64,000 nucleotides of DNA from Thermoplasmata archaeon (GCA_034667685.1 JAXDQU010000012.1:1-64000); one strand, 5' to 3'. Counted from the stretch's first letter, positions 30,726 to 40,120 are shown. A program made the numbers and translations. The notes: a model not told the origin generated them from the sequence alone.

Positions 30726-31655
30726 TCAGGCGACGTGCGCGCGGATCGCCTCGTCGGCCCACGCGCCGTAGGATCGGAAGCGGCGCGGGAAGAGGACCTC
30801 GACCTCGCGGACGCCGCCGATCTCCAGCGCGGCGCATTCCGCCTCCTCGGCGTCGGCGAGCGCGCCCAGGTGGACGAGCACCGCGAGCGCGGCGTGCCCT
30901 TCGAAGAGGTCGGCGGAGTCGGTCAGGACGAGCACGTCGGGCAGGCGCGCCCGCACCGCGCGGGCGACCTCGCGCGAGTCGGTCTTGGGGTCGAGGTAGA
31001 GGTTGAGGAGCGCGAGGCCCGCGCCGCGCCAGCGCCCGAAGTCCAGCTCGGGCACGAACCAGAGGGCGCGGCCCGCGACGAGCCGCTCGTAGCGGCGCGC
31101 GGCCGTCTTCGTCGAGACGCCCAGCTCGCGCGCGACGCCGCCCAGGCTCGCGCCCGGCGCGTGGCGGAGGGCCGCGAGGAGCCGCCAGTCGAGCGGCGAG
31201 GGCGCCATCGTCGGGGCGGGCGCGCGCACCGGCACGCACGGCAGCGTCTCCGCGACGCCGGGCAGGCGTTCGAGGAGCTTGAGGCGGCGCGCCAGCGACT
31301 CGGGGCCGTGGGCGAGGAACGTCGTCGTCATCCAGCCGCCGAGGTTGTCCTGCGCGGAGACGGTGCCCTCCAGGAGCGCGAGGTCTTCGAACGCCTGCGG
31401 CTTGTGGCGCGGGTCGGCCACGCGGAAGTTGCCAGCACCCAGCGACGCGCCCACGAGCGCCGGGTTGGGCAGCACGTCGTAGCGCGCGAGGAAGCCCGCG
31501 TCGTGCCACGCGGCGAGCCGCGCGCGCACCGTGCTTCCCGCGACGCCGACCTTGCGCGCGATGGCGTCGGTCGACACGCGCGGGTCGAGGCTGCCCCAGA
31601 AGAGGACGCGCTCGCGGAACATCTCGCGCAGGATGGCGAGGTCCACGGCGTCCAT
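30726..31655 (-). CDS. Lrp/AsnC-like regulator with two winged-HTH modules
   Basis: MDAVDLAIL...IARKVGVAGSTVRARL; LDWRLL...VARELGVSTKTAARR. Confidence 0.8.
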   Translation of the reverse strand: MDAVDLAILREMFRERVLFWGSLDPRVSTDAIARKVGVAGSTVRARLAAWHDAGFLARYDVLPNPALVGASLGAGNFRVADPRHKPQAFEDLALLEGTVSAQDNLGGWMTTTFLAHGPESLARRLKLLERLPGVAETLPCVPVRAPAPTMAPSPLDWRLLAALRHAPGASLGGVARELGVSTKTAARRYERLVAGRALWFVPELDFGRWRGAGLALLNLYLDPKTDSREVARAVRARLPDVLVLTDSADLFEGHAALAVLVHLGALADAEEAECAALEIGGVREVEVLFPRRFRSYGAWADEAIRAHVA

Positions 31656-31806
31656 GCCGGGCCGATCCGCGCCGCGCGCCAAGAAGGTGCGTGTCCGATC
31701 GCGTCGGCCGCGCGCGCGGAACCGGACACGCGGATGCGCCACGGGGGCGAAAACGCGCGCCGCGCCGGCGGAGGGGTGGTGAGGCCGCGCCGCGTCCGTC
31801 TCTTGC

Positions 31807-32613
31807 ATGCCCTACACGACCTCCGATGGCATCCGCATCGCGTACGACGACCTCGGCAGCGGAGAGACCGCGCTGCTGCTCATGCCGGGCTGGTGCGGCA
31901 CGCGCGCCGCCTTCAACCGGGTGGCGCCCCTTCTCGCGCGCCCCCACCGCGTGCTGGCGATGGACTGGCGCGGGCACGGCGGCTCCGGCGCGGCCGCGGG
32001 CGACTTCGGCGAGAAGGAGCTCCTCGACGACGCGCTCGCGGTCGTGCGCGCGAGCGGCGCGAAGCGCGTCGTGCCCGTCGCGACGGCGCACGCGGGCTGG
32101 GTCGCGCTGGCGCTGCGCCAGGCCTTGGGCGCGCGCGTCCCGCAGATCGTGCTGCTCGACTGGATCGTGACCGAGGCGCCTCCGCCGTTCCTCGCGGCGC
32201 TCGCCGCCATGCAGGACCCCGCGAAGGTGGAGGCGACGCTCGCGCAGGTGTTCGCCATGTGGCGCGACGGCACGCAGACGCCCGACGTCGAGGCGTTCCT
32301 CCAGGTCATGGCGTCGTTCGGCCCTGCGATGTGGGCGCGCGCGGGACGCGAGATCGCCGCCTCGTACGCGAAGGAGGGGAGCCCGCTCGCCGCGCTGGCG
32401 CGCCTGCGCGACGCGCCGCCCGTGCTGCACGCCTACGCACAGCCCAGGGACGCGGGCTTCCTCGCGCTCCAGGAGGCCTACGCGCGCGAGCACCCCTTCT
32501 ACCGCGCGAAGGTGCTGCCCGGGCGCACGCACTTCCCGACGATCGAGACGCCCGAGGCGACGGCGGAGGCGATCGAGGCGTTCCTCGCGCGGCCGCTCAC
32601 GGCTCCGCCATGA
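31807..32613 (+). CDS. Alpha/beta-hydrolase-fold protein, Hod/Qdo/AqdC-like dioxygenase
   Basis: MPGWC, DWRGHG, ATAHAGW (Ala at nucleophile site), LLDW, HAYAQP, RTHFP. Confidence 0.75.
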   Translation: MPYTTSDGIRIAYDDLGSGETALLLMPGWCGTRAAFNRVAPLLARPHRVLAMDWRGHGGSGAAAGDFGEKELLDDALAVVRASGAKRVVPVATAHAGWVALALRQALGARVPQIVLLDWIVTEAPPPFLAALAAMQDPAKVEATLAQVFAMWRDGTQTPDVEAFLQVMASFGPAMWARAGREIAASYAKEGSPLAALARLRDAPPVLHAYAQPRDAGFLALQEAYAREHPFYRAKVLPGRTHFPTIETPEATAEAIEAFLARPLTAPP

Positions 32614-33211
32614 ACCGGCGGAACGCGTCGAGCGTCCGCGGCCGCATCGTGTGGTTCGTGCGCTTCTCGTCGCCCAAGGTGCTCGTGGGCGTCTTGCCGT
32701 AGTCGTGGCCCGGCAGCACGATCAGGCCGTCCGGGAGCGCGGGCAGGATCTGCGTGAGCGCGCGATGCATGGCGTCCACGTCGGACCCGGGAAGGTCGAC
32801 GCGGCCGCACTCGCCCACGAAGAGCGTGTCGCCCGTGAGCAGCCATTCGCCGGCGACCTCGTAGCACATGCTATCAAAGCGGTGGCCGGGCGTGTGGAGG
32901 GCGCGGACGCGGGTCGGGCCGAAGGCGAGGATCTGCCCGTCGCGCAGCTTCACGTCCACGGGATGGTCGGCGGACTCGTGGGCGACGACGCGCGCGTTCG
33001 TCAGCGCCTTCACCCGGGGAATGCCCTTGACGTGGTCCGGGTGGCCGTGCGTCGCCCAGACCTCGGTGACGCGCAGGCCGCGCGCCTTCGCCTCCTCCAC
33101 GAGCCGGTCGGGCTCGAAGCCCGGATCGACCAGCGCGGCCTCGCCGTTCCCCGGATCGACCAGGTAGGCGAAGTTCTGCATCGGGCCGACGCGGAGCTGG
33201 TGGATTTGCAT
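32597..33211 (-). CDS. MBL-fold metallohydrolase (glyoxalase II/ETHE1-like)
   Basis: THGHPDH, HTPGH, TGDTLFVGECGRVDL, PGHDYG. Confidence 0.92.
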   Translation of the reverse strand: MQIHQLRVGPMQNFAYLVDPGNGEAALVDPGFEPDRLVEEAKARGLRVTEVWATHGHPDHVKGIPRVKALTNARVVAHESADHPVDVKLRDGQILAFGPTRVRALHTPGHRFDSMCYEVAGEWLLTGDTLFVGECGRVDLPGSDVDAMHRALTQILPALPDGLIVLPGHDYGKTPTSTLGDEKRTNHTMRPRTLDAFRRFMAEP

Positions 33212-33217
33212 GCGGGC

Positions 33218-33250
33218 CTCAGCCTCAGCCTGAGCCTTAGCCCTAAGCCT
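33218..33250. repeat. CCTCAG-type hexamer tandem run
   Basis: cctcag cctcag cctgag ccttag ccctaag. Confidence 0.7.
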
Positions 33251-33271
33251 CCGGCCACGCTGCGCGGCCTG

Positions 33272-34074
33272 CTCCCGTGGCGCCCGGGGGACCCGAGGAT
33301 GGTGAATCGGGGCGGCGCATGCGGTTCCAATTCGCACGCTGAGCGTCGGGCTGAACGCGCGGATTGTGCCACGAGGCCGCCACAAGATGAGCGTCATGCG
33401 AATCCGACGCGACACCCCCTCCCCTTGGGTTCGGATCCACGTGCCGCTGGCCTGGCGCATCGGATCCGGCCCGAGAACTGCTGCTCCTTGGCGCTTTCAA
33501 GCCGCTTCCGGTGGAGAGAGAATAACTTCCGATGGGATTCAAGCCGTGCAGCGCCATGCTGTGAGCGGATGCGCATGAGCCGACCGACGCTGATCGCCGG
33601 TACGTCGCCCCGGTGGATGATCAGGCTCTGGGATGAGTTGGGTCGCGGCGACCGCAGCGTTGGGATGAGAGAGGTGATCGATCGGTCCATGCAGGCCCCC
33701 ATGGCCTCGCACAGTTCTGGCCCCCTATCGGTTTCCTGGCAGTCGGGGACCGAAGAATGGATCCAGGTCCTCCCTGCATCCTTCACTCGCAAGATTCCAG
33801 TCTGCAACGACTCGCGCGAGCGCATGACGCTCGCCACGGCGCTTGCGCTGGATTCGTTGCCGCAGCGCCTCGTCGAGGCAGCGAAGAAAGGACGTCCTTG
33901 GAAGCGAAGGTTCCCAGCCGTGGCGTCCCGGTCGCAAACCTACCAATTGCGCTTCCCCGAACTTGAGATCCGCGTCATCGCGGGCCGATAAGCGGGTCGG
34001 ACCCAAGGATCCACGCCGCCGCTCCGACCATGTGCCCGCCTCGGGTCCCCCGGGTCCCTCGGGCGCCACGGGAG
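33272..34074. mobile_element. Candidate cassette: lower-GC insert between inverted 9-mer-repeat arms
   Basis: 33272-33298 is the reverse complement of 34039-34074 apart from one extra 9-nt unit. Confidence 0.5.
33569..33991 (+). CDS. Hypothetical protein or pseudogene inside the cassette
   Basis: 140-aa ORF with atypical codon usage, no recognisable motif. Confidence 0.3.
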   Translation: MRMSRPTLIAGTSPRWMIRLWDELGRGDRSVGMREVIDRSMQAPMASHSSGPLSVSWQSGTEEWIQVLPASFTRKIPVCNDSRERMTLATALALDSLPQRLVEAAKKGRPWKRRFPAVASRSQTYQLRFPELEIRVIAGR

Positions 34075-34197
34075 TGGCCCGCCGCAGGCGTCCTCCGAAA
34101 CACCCAAACGCGATCATCGGGTTCGACGTCTCAGCGCCTGGAGGAGGATTGGCTCCCGCCACGGATGCGGGGTAGATGCCGGCGCGGTCGTGCAGTC

Positions 34198-35409
34198 ATG
34201 GCTGTCGAACTCGGCCTCGTCCTCCTCAAGCTCCTCGTGCTTCTCGTCGCGGCCAAGCTCGCGGGCGAAGCGGCCGAGCGTCTGCGCCAGCCCGCCGTGC
34301 TCGGGGAATTGCTCGCGGGCGTGCTCCTGGGCCCCACGGTGCTGCGCGCGGCCTACTTCACGGGGGACGCGCCGGGGGCCGACATCATCGCCTTCGTCGC
34401 GGAGCTGGGCGTGATCCTGCTCCTCTTCGAGGTGGGGCTCCAGACGAAGCTCCGCGACATGCTGAAGGTGGGCGCCTCCAGCGTGCTCGTCGCGCTCGTG
34501 GGGATCGTGGGCAGCTTCGCGGCGGGCTTTGGCGTCTCGTGGGCGATGGGCGCGCTGCACGTCTGGAGCGACGCGCTTCTCTTCCACGTCTTCGTGGGCG
34601 CGACGTTCACCGCGACGAGCGTGGGCATCACGGCGCGCGTGCTGGGCGACATGGGGCGGCTCGACACCGCCGAGGCGCGCATCATCCTGGGCGCCGCGGT
34701 CCTCGACGACGTCGGAGGCTTGCTCGTCCTCGCGTTCGTCACCGCGCTGGCGGCGGGCGCCGTCTCGCTCGTCGGGCTCGGCCTCACCGTCGCGCTCGCG
34801 CTGGGCTTCCTCGCCGTCGCGGTCAGCCTGGGCCTCTGGATCATGCCGCCCGTCATGGGCTGGCTCGCCGACCGGCGCGTGCGCGGCGCGGTCCTCACCG
34901 GCGCCGTCGCGTTCTGCCTCCTCCTGGCGTGGGGCGCGCAGGCCGCGAGCCTCGCCCCGATCGTGGGCGCCTTCGCCGCGGGCCTTGTCCTCGCCACGAC
35001 GCGCCAGCAGGGCGCCCTCGCCGAGCGCGCGCGCCACGTCGCCGACGTCTTCGTCCCCTTCTTCTTCGTCTACGTCGGCCTCCAGGTCGACCTGCGCGGC
35101 GCCGGGGGCGACGTCGGGCGCATCGCGCTGGCCGTCGTCGTGCTGCTCGTCGCCGCCATCGTCGGCAAGCTCGTGTGCGCGTGGGCCGTCCCGCGCGGGC
35201 TCAACCGTTACGCCGTGGGCGTGGGCATGGTGCCGCGCGGCGAGGTCGGGCTCATCTTCGCGCTCGTGGGCGTGACGACCTTCGTGGGTGGCGCGCCGCT
35301 GATGGAGCCCTGGCAATACACCGCAATCCTGCTCGTGGTGGCGCTCTCGACCTTCATCACGCCATTGTGGCTGAAGCGGGCGTTGCGGCGCGGCGCGCCC
35401 ACCGGGTAG
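34198..35409 (+). CDS. CPA2 (NapA/Kef-type) cation:proton antiporter
   Basis: VLGELLAG, ATSVGITARVL, AAVLDD, GMVPRGEVG. Confidence 0.93.
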   Translation: MAVELGLVLLKLLVLLVAAKLAGEAAERLRQPAVLGELLAGVLLGPTVLRAAYFTGDAPGADIIAFVAELGVILLLFEVGLQTKLRDMLKVGASSVLVALVGIVGSFAAGFGVSWAMGALHVWSDALLFHVFVGATFTATSVGITARVLGDMGRLDTAEARIILGAAVLDDVGGLLVLAFVTALAAGAVSLVGLGLTVALALGFLAVAVSLGLWIMPPVMGWLADRRVRGAVLTGAVAFCLLLAWGAQAASLAPIVGAFAAGLVLATTRQQGALAERARHVADVFVPFFFVYVGLQVDLRGAGGDVGRIALAVVVLLVAAIVGKLVCAWAVPRGLNRYAVGVGMVPRGEVGLIFALVGVTTFVGGAPLMEPWQYTAILLVVALSTFITPLWLKRALRRGAPTG

Positions 35410-35414
35410 CGTGC

Positions 35415-35705
35415 TCACCCGAAGATCGAGCCCAATCCGCTCGCGGCGGCCTCGTCCTCGGCCACGAGCATGTCGTGCAGCTTGTCGGCGTCGGGCGCGC
35501 GCTCGGCGAAGCCCAGGAGCACGGCGTCCGCGCGCGTGATGCCGGCCTCGCCGCCGTCCACGAAGAGGTAGACCCAGTCGCCGGGGATGCCGAAGTGGCG
35601 CGCGTCGCGGATCTGGAGGCTCTGGCGCGAGAGGATGTCGTCGCCGAGGGCCTCTTCGAGCTGCGCGCGCTGGCTGCTCTTCACGCGGTAGACCTGCCAC
35701 GCCAT
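35415..35705 (-). CDS. Archaeal-type hypothetical protein
   Basis: MAWQVY..DDILSRQSLQIRDA...AASGLGSIFG; native codon usage. Confidence 0.75.
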   Translation of the reverse strand: MAWQVYRVKSSQRAQLEEALGDDILSRQSLQIRDARHFGIPGDWVYLFVDGGEAGITRADAVLLGFAERAPDADKLHDMLVAEDEAAASGLGSIFG

Positions 35706-35739
35706 GAGGATCAGGACGCGCCGGGCGCGGCTTGAGGCT

Positions 35740-35917
35740 TCGCCAGCGGGATCGTGAGCCAGAAGCGCGGCCTGCACGAGCCGCTCGTGGGTCTCGCGCA
35801 GCGCGTCCCGTGCCGTGCGGAGCGCGGTGAGATCACGGAAGGACCAGACGCGGGCGCGCGTGCCCTCGGTCGTGCGGATGGGCGCCCTGTGGCGATCGAG
35901 CACGCGCCCGTCGTTGA
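35740..35917 (-). pseudogene. PAS/PAC sensor-kinase fragment
   Basis: LNDGRVLDRHRAPIR...RVWSFRDLTALRTARDALRETHERLVQ resembles a PAC motif plus coiled-coil linker. Confidence 0.55.
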
Positions 35918-36082
35918 GCGACCTCCTCGCGGCCCTCCTCGTTGGGCGCGCGTGGAGCTGGGCCATGCGGCGGCGGGGCCCGGGACCAGGATTCGGGCGC
36001 CGGACGGGGGCCTCCGCCCGTTCCGGAAGACGGGCCTCGTTTTGCCAAAGCTCATCATCCCCGCGCGGCCCATCCGCCCCTC

Positions 36083-36466
36083 GTGTCCGTCGCGGCTTGG
36101 GTCGAGTTCGTGAACCACGAGGCCGAGAACCTGGCCGGGCTTGGCAACCTTCCGCGCGCCGCGCTGCGCGGCCACATGCGCGACCGCCTCGCCGAGGCTT
36201 TTCCCTCCCCCTTCGTGTTGGAGGCGCGCTGCCTCGTCGTGGGCGAGCGCGAGCCGCACCTCCTGGAATTGGTCCCCGAGGGCATCACGCGCGAGGCCGC
36301 GGCGCTGACCGGGCCTCTCCTGGCGTCCACGGGGCGCGAGCTGCACCCGGGCTCCGTCGTGCGCGTACGCTTCGCCATGGAAGACCCGCGCCGCCGCGAC
36401 CCCGAGGTGCCGGGCCTGGCGGGCGCGCTCCTCGACTTCGTCGTGGACGTTCCCGTCGAGGCGTGA
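36083..36466 (+). CDS. Hypothetical protein
   Basis: GC3-rich ORF from GTG. Confidence 0.6.
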   Translation: MSVAAWVEFVNHEAENLAGLGNLPRAALRGHMRDRLAEAFPSPFVLEARCLVVGEREPHLLELVPEGITREAAALTGPLLASTGRELHPGSVVRVRFAMEDPRRRDPEVPGLAGALLDFVVDVPVEA

Positions 36467-36484
36467 GGGCCCCCGCGGCGCGTC

Positions 36485-36604
36485 CCCGACCCGCCCTTGT
36501 CTTCGTGGCGCCCCTTTCTCAACACCGAGAATCCCGAAATCCGCGGATGCCTCGGATGCGCGGTGTCAGGAAGGGAGCGCCACGAAGACGAACATGGGTC
36601 AGGA
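36485..36604. repeat. Long imperfect palindrome; core copied in inverted orientation at 59410-59478
   Basis: acaccgagaatcccgRaatccgcggatgcctcggatgcgcggtgt shared; outer TCGTGGCGC/GCGCCACGA arms. Confidence 0.85.
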
Positions 36605-36607
36605 ACG

Positions 36608-38044
36608 CTACTCCGGCAGCCCGTCGTGCCGCGCCACGGTGCGCAGCCTCGCCTCGTGCCGCTTCTTGGCGATCCACCACGCCAGCCGCGCGAAGATGCC
36701 TTCGCCCCGCGAGAGCACGGTCTGCGCGGTGGGGTGGCGGTGCAGCAGCTCGTGGCGCCGGCCGTGGTGGCGGCGGCGCGGCGCGTAGAGCTGGAAGAGC
36801 GGGAAGCCCAGGAGCGCGAGGGGCGCGCCCACGAGGATCGCGCGCCAGCCGCAGGCGGCGACGAGGAGGAGCGCGGCCGCGGCGCCGAGGATCGGCAGGA
36901 GCGGCGTGCGGATCGGGCGGAACGGGTCCTTGCGCGCGAGGACCCACGCCGCGCCCGCGGTCGCGAGGAAGGAGAGCGCCACGAAGAAGACGGTGGCGCC
37001 GATGAGGAGCGTGAGGCCGCCGGCGAGCGTGGCGAGGAGCGAGAGGCCGCTGATGGCGAGGAGCGCGCGCAGCGGGACGCCGGAGCGCGTGAGCTTGCCG
37101 AGCGCGGGCGGGAGGTAGCCGTCGGCCGCGAGGGCGTGCGTGAGGCGCGAGGCGCCCAGGAGGTTCGCCTGGTCCGCGCCCAGGATCGAGACGAGCGCGC
37201 CCAACCCGAGGAAGGCGCCGGCCACTGGACCGGCCACGCGCGCGGCGGCCACGACGAGGGGCGCGCTGGTCGCGGCGATGTCGCCCTGCGGCAGGATGGC
37301 GAGGAGCGCGCCGTTCACGAGAAGGTAGGCGAGAAGGCTGAACGCGAGGCCCACGGCGATGGCGATCGGGATGCTGCGGCGCGGGTTGCGCACCTCGGCC
37401 GCGGGGAGCGTGGCGACCTCGAAGCCGGTGTAGGCCCAGAAGATGACCATGAACGCCGTCGCGAAGGCGAGCGGGCCGCCCGTGGCGAGCGGCTGGAGGT
37501 GAGAGGCGGACCCGGCGGGGGCGTGCCACGCGGCGGCGATGCCCAGCGCGACGAGGAGCGCGAGGGGCGCGAGCTTCAGGAACGAGAGCGCGGCGCCCAG
37601 GCGCGAGGCGGTCTTGGCGGGGACGAGGTTCGTCACGAGGACGAGGAGGACGAAGGCGCCCTTCACGAGGTCGTCCTGCCACCACGTCATGAAGGGGAGG
37701 AAGCCGTGGAGGTACTGCACGAACGCGGCGGGGAAGACGGCGGCGCCCAGGAGCTGCGCGAGCAGGATGCACCAGCCCACGAGGAAGCCGGCGCGCTCGC
37801 CGAACGCATCGCGGGCGTAGGCGTACGCACCCCCCTCGCTGGGCGCCATCTGGGCGCACGCGCTGAAGTTGAGGGCGATGACGAACGCCACGACGCCGGC
37901 CAGCAGCCAGAGCGCCAGCGAGGCCGCGCCCACGAGCGGCGTGGTCAGGCTCGCCGCGACGTAGATGTCCGCGCCCACCACCGCGCCCACGACGAGGGCG
38001 GTCAGGTCGAAGGCGGAGAGCGTGCGGGCGCGAAGCTCGGGCAT
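36608..38044 (-). CDS. APC-family amino acid permease
   Basis: GAVVGADIY, EGGAYAY, WAYTGFE, EVRNPRRSIP, SRLTHALAADG. Confidence 0.92.
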   Translation of the reverse strand: MPELRARTLSAFDLTALVVGAVVGADIYVAASLTTPLVGAASLALWLLAGVVAFVIALNFSACAQMAPSEGGAYAYARDAFGERAGFLVGWCILLAQLLGAAVFPAAFVQYLHGFLPFMTWWQDDLVKGAFVLLVLVTNLVPAKTASRLGAALSFLKLAPLALLVALGIAAAWHAPAGSASHLQPLATGGPLAFATAFMVIFWAYTGFEVATLPAAEVRNPRRSIPIAIAVGLAFSLLAYLLVNGALLAILPQGDIAATSAPLVVAAARVAGPVAGAFLGLGALVSILGADQANLLGASRLTHALAADGYLPPALGKLTRSGVPLRALLAISGLSLLATLAGGLTLLIGATVFFVALSFLATAGAAWVLARKDPFRPIRTPLLPILGAAAALLLVAACGWRAILVGAPLALLGFPLFQLYAPRRRHHGRRHELLHRHPTAQTVLSRGEGIFARLAWWIAKKRHEARLRTVARHDGLPE

Positions 38045-38096
38045 CCCGACTGCCGCAGGGGTCGCGGGCGATATATGAACTGCACGGATCGTGATT

Positions 38097-38288
38097 CTAC
38101 GGGGGCAGGCCGCCATCGGGCGTGCAGACGTAGGCGCGCCCGGCCCAGTCGTTCCCGACGACCTGGCCGTTGGGACAGCAGGACGGGTACGACAGGGCGT
38201 CGCACTTGTAGTCCAGGATGGCCTGCGCCTCGCCCACGAAGGCCGTGGCGAAGATCAGGAGCGCGGCGACGAAGGCAAGACGCGACAT
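38097..38288 (-). CDS. Small secreted Cys-rich peptide (63 aa)
   Basis: Signal peptide ending AQA, four Cys, native codons. Confidence 0.55.
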   Translation of the reverse strand: MSRLAFVAALLIFATAFVGEAQAILDYKCDALSYPSCCPNGQVVGNDWAGRAYVCTPDGGLPP

Positions 38289-38341
38289 GCGCCCCCGGCA
38301 TGCGCGGCGCGGAGCAAATCGACATGGGTCGCCGCGTAGCC

Positions 38342-38491
38342 ATGGAAAGGCATACGCGGGGCGCGCGCGTGCGGCCCCACGTGGGCGGCGGGCCTCGCTT
38401 CTGCGACCTCTGCGGCGCGCCCTTCCTCGACCTCCACTGCAAGCTCACGTGCACGCGGTGCGGGTACCGGCGCGACTGCTCCGACCCGTAG
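38342..38491 (+). CDS. Small zinc-finger protein (HVO_2523-like)
   Basis: CDLCG...HCKLTCTRCGYRRDCSDP. Confidence 0.7.
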   Translation: MERHTRGARVRPHVGGGPRFCDLCGAPFLDLHCKLTCTRCGYRRDCSDP

Positions 38492-38743
38492 GCGCGGGTC
38501 AGGTGACTAGACACGTTGGCGCCGCGCGATCCGCTCGTGTATAGTCACCTGACCCTCGACGCGCGCCACCCGTCCCACCCGAAAGCGCCCCCACGGGGGT
38601 ACCTTCGGGGTCCCCTCTGATAACGACTAAGCTTGGGAGCGCGCTGGGACGGCCAACCAGGCCCCCTTGGCGAGCACCCCGGGCCTCTGCATGCGCATCC
38701 GCGCCAGAGCCCCTGCTTGTCGACCGCCTGGCGAGGAAGAACC

Positions 38744-40120
38744 ATGCAACAGACCGAGAACCTCGCGCCCCATGTCCAGGAGATTGCCCGGGCGCTTCAG
38801 AACCGCATGGAGCCGGACGCCATCGAGGACGAGCTTCGCCGCTACCTCGACTACGGTGTGCCGCTGGCCCAGGCCAAGAAGGACATCGTGCGCATGCACG
38901 GCGGCACGCTCGTCGCCGGCGCCAAGAAGCTCGCGGAAGTCCAGCCCGAGGAGAAGGGGCTGGAGTTCACCGCGCGCGTGCTCACGGTGAACCCCAAGGA
39001 GATCACCGTCAAGGGGCAGCAGAAACAGATCTTCTACGGCTACCTCGCGGACGCGACCGCCAAGGTCCCGTACACGGCGTGGAAGCCCTTCGAGACGATG
39101 CAGAAGGGCGCGACCGTCCACGTGGAGAACGCGTATGCCAAGAAGGGCTTCCGCGACCCGGTCGAGATCAGCCTGGGCGACTACACGACCGTCGCCGTCT
39201 CGAACGAGCAGATCGCCGTGAAGGACGACTTCGTGCCCAGCGCCGCGCAGGCCGAGGGCGGCCGCATCAGCGGCGCGGAGCGCAAGCTCGCCGACCTCGT
39301 CGACGGCCTCACGAGCGTCACGCTCACCGCGCGCGTGCTCTCGCTGCGCGAGAAGACCATCAGCACGGCCAACGGCCAGAAGACGCTCGTCGAGGGCGAG
39401 CTGGCCGACGAGACGGGCCGCGCGCCGTTCAGCGCGTGGGAGCCCGAGCGCGTCAAGGACGTGAAGGAGGGCAGCGTCGTGCGCGTGCGCGGCGCCTACG
39501 TGCGCGCGTTCCGCGGCATCCCGCAGGTCAACTTCGGCCAGTACGCCACGCTGGAGGTCCTGCCCGACCGCACGCTCCCCAACCTCGCCGAGCTGGAGCG
39601 CCCGGCCGCGATGGACCTGGGCAAGCTCGAGGCCCGCGGCGGCGCCACCGGCGTCGCGGTCGAGGGCATCGTGCTGGAGGTCAAGAAGGGCAGCGGTCTC
39701 ATCTTCCGCTGCGCGCAGGAGGGGTGCAACCGCGTGCTCCAGAACCGCCAGTGCGCGATCCACCCGCAGAAGCAGGAGGGCATCCCCGACCTGCGCATCA
39801 AGGCCGTCCTGGACGACGGGCGCGGCGCGGCGACGTTCTTCGCCAACCGCGAGGCCACCGAGAAGCTCCTGGGCAAGACGCTCGCCCAGTGCCAGCAGCA
39901 GGCGCGCGACGCGATGACGATGGACGTCGTCCACGAGGACCTCGACCGGCTGCTCACCGCGCACCGCGTGGTCGTCACGGGCCGCGCCACCTCGGGCGAG
40001 TACGGCCTCCAGATCCTCGCCGACGCCGTGGACTTCGCCCCCGCGCCCGACGCGGAAGCGGAGGCCGAGAAGCTCCTTGGCGCCGTGGCCGAGATCCTCC
40101 AGGGGGTGGCGCCCCAATGA
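38744..40120 (+). CDS. rpa: Replication protein A (multi-OB-fold, Zn finger)
   Basis: GYLADAT, GELADETG, CAQEGC...CAIH, DLRIKAVLDDG. Confidence 0.88.
   Translation: MQQTENLAPHVQEIARALQNRMEPDAIEDELRRYLDYGVPLAQAKKDIVRMHGGTLVAGAKKLAEVQPEEKGLEFTARVLTVNPKEITVKGQQKQIFYGYLADATAKVPYTAWKPFETMQKGATVHVENAYAKKGFRDPVEISLGDYTTVAVSNEQIAVKDDFVPSAAQAEGGRISGAERKLADLVDGLTSVTLTARVLSLREKTISTANGQKTLVEGELADETGRAPFSAWEPERVKDVKEGSVVRVRGAYVRAFRGIPQVNFGQYATLEVLPDRTLPNLAELERPAAMDLGKLEARGGATGVAVEGIVLEVKKGSGLIFRCAQEGCNRVLQNRQCAIHPQKQEGIPDLRIKAVLDDGRGAATFFANREATEKLLGKTLAQCQQQARDAMTMDVVHEDLDRLLTAHRVVVTGRATSGEYGLQILADAVDFAPAPDAEAEAEKLLGAVAEILQGVAPQ

Noticed and set aside
38575-38630. Hammerhead ribozyme or fluoride riboswitch (GAAA and CTGATAA present)
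   Set aside because: The core is not CUGANGA and the required stems and cleavage triplet cannot be built.
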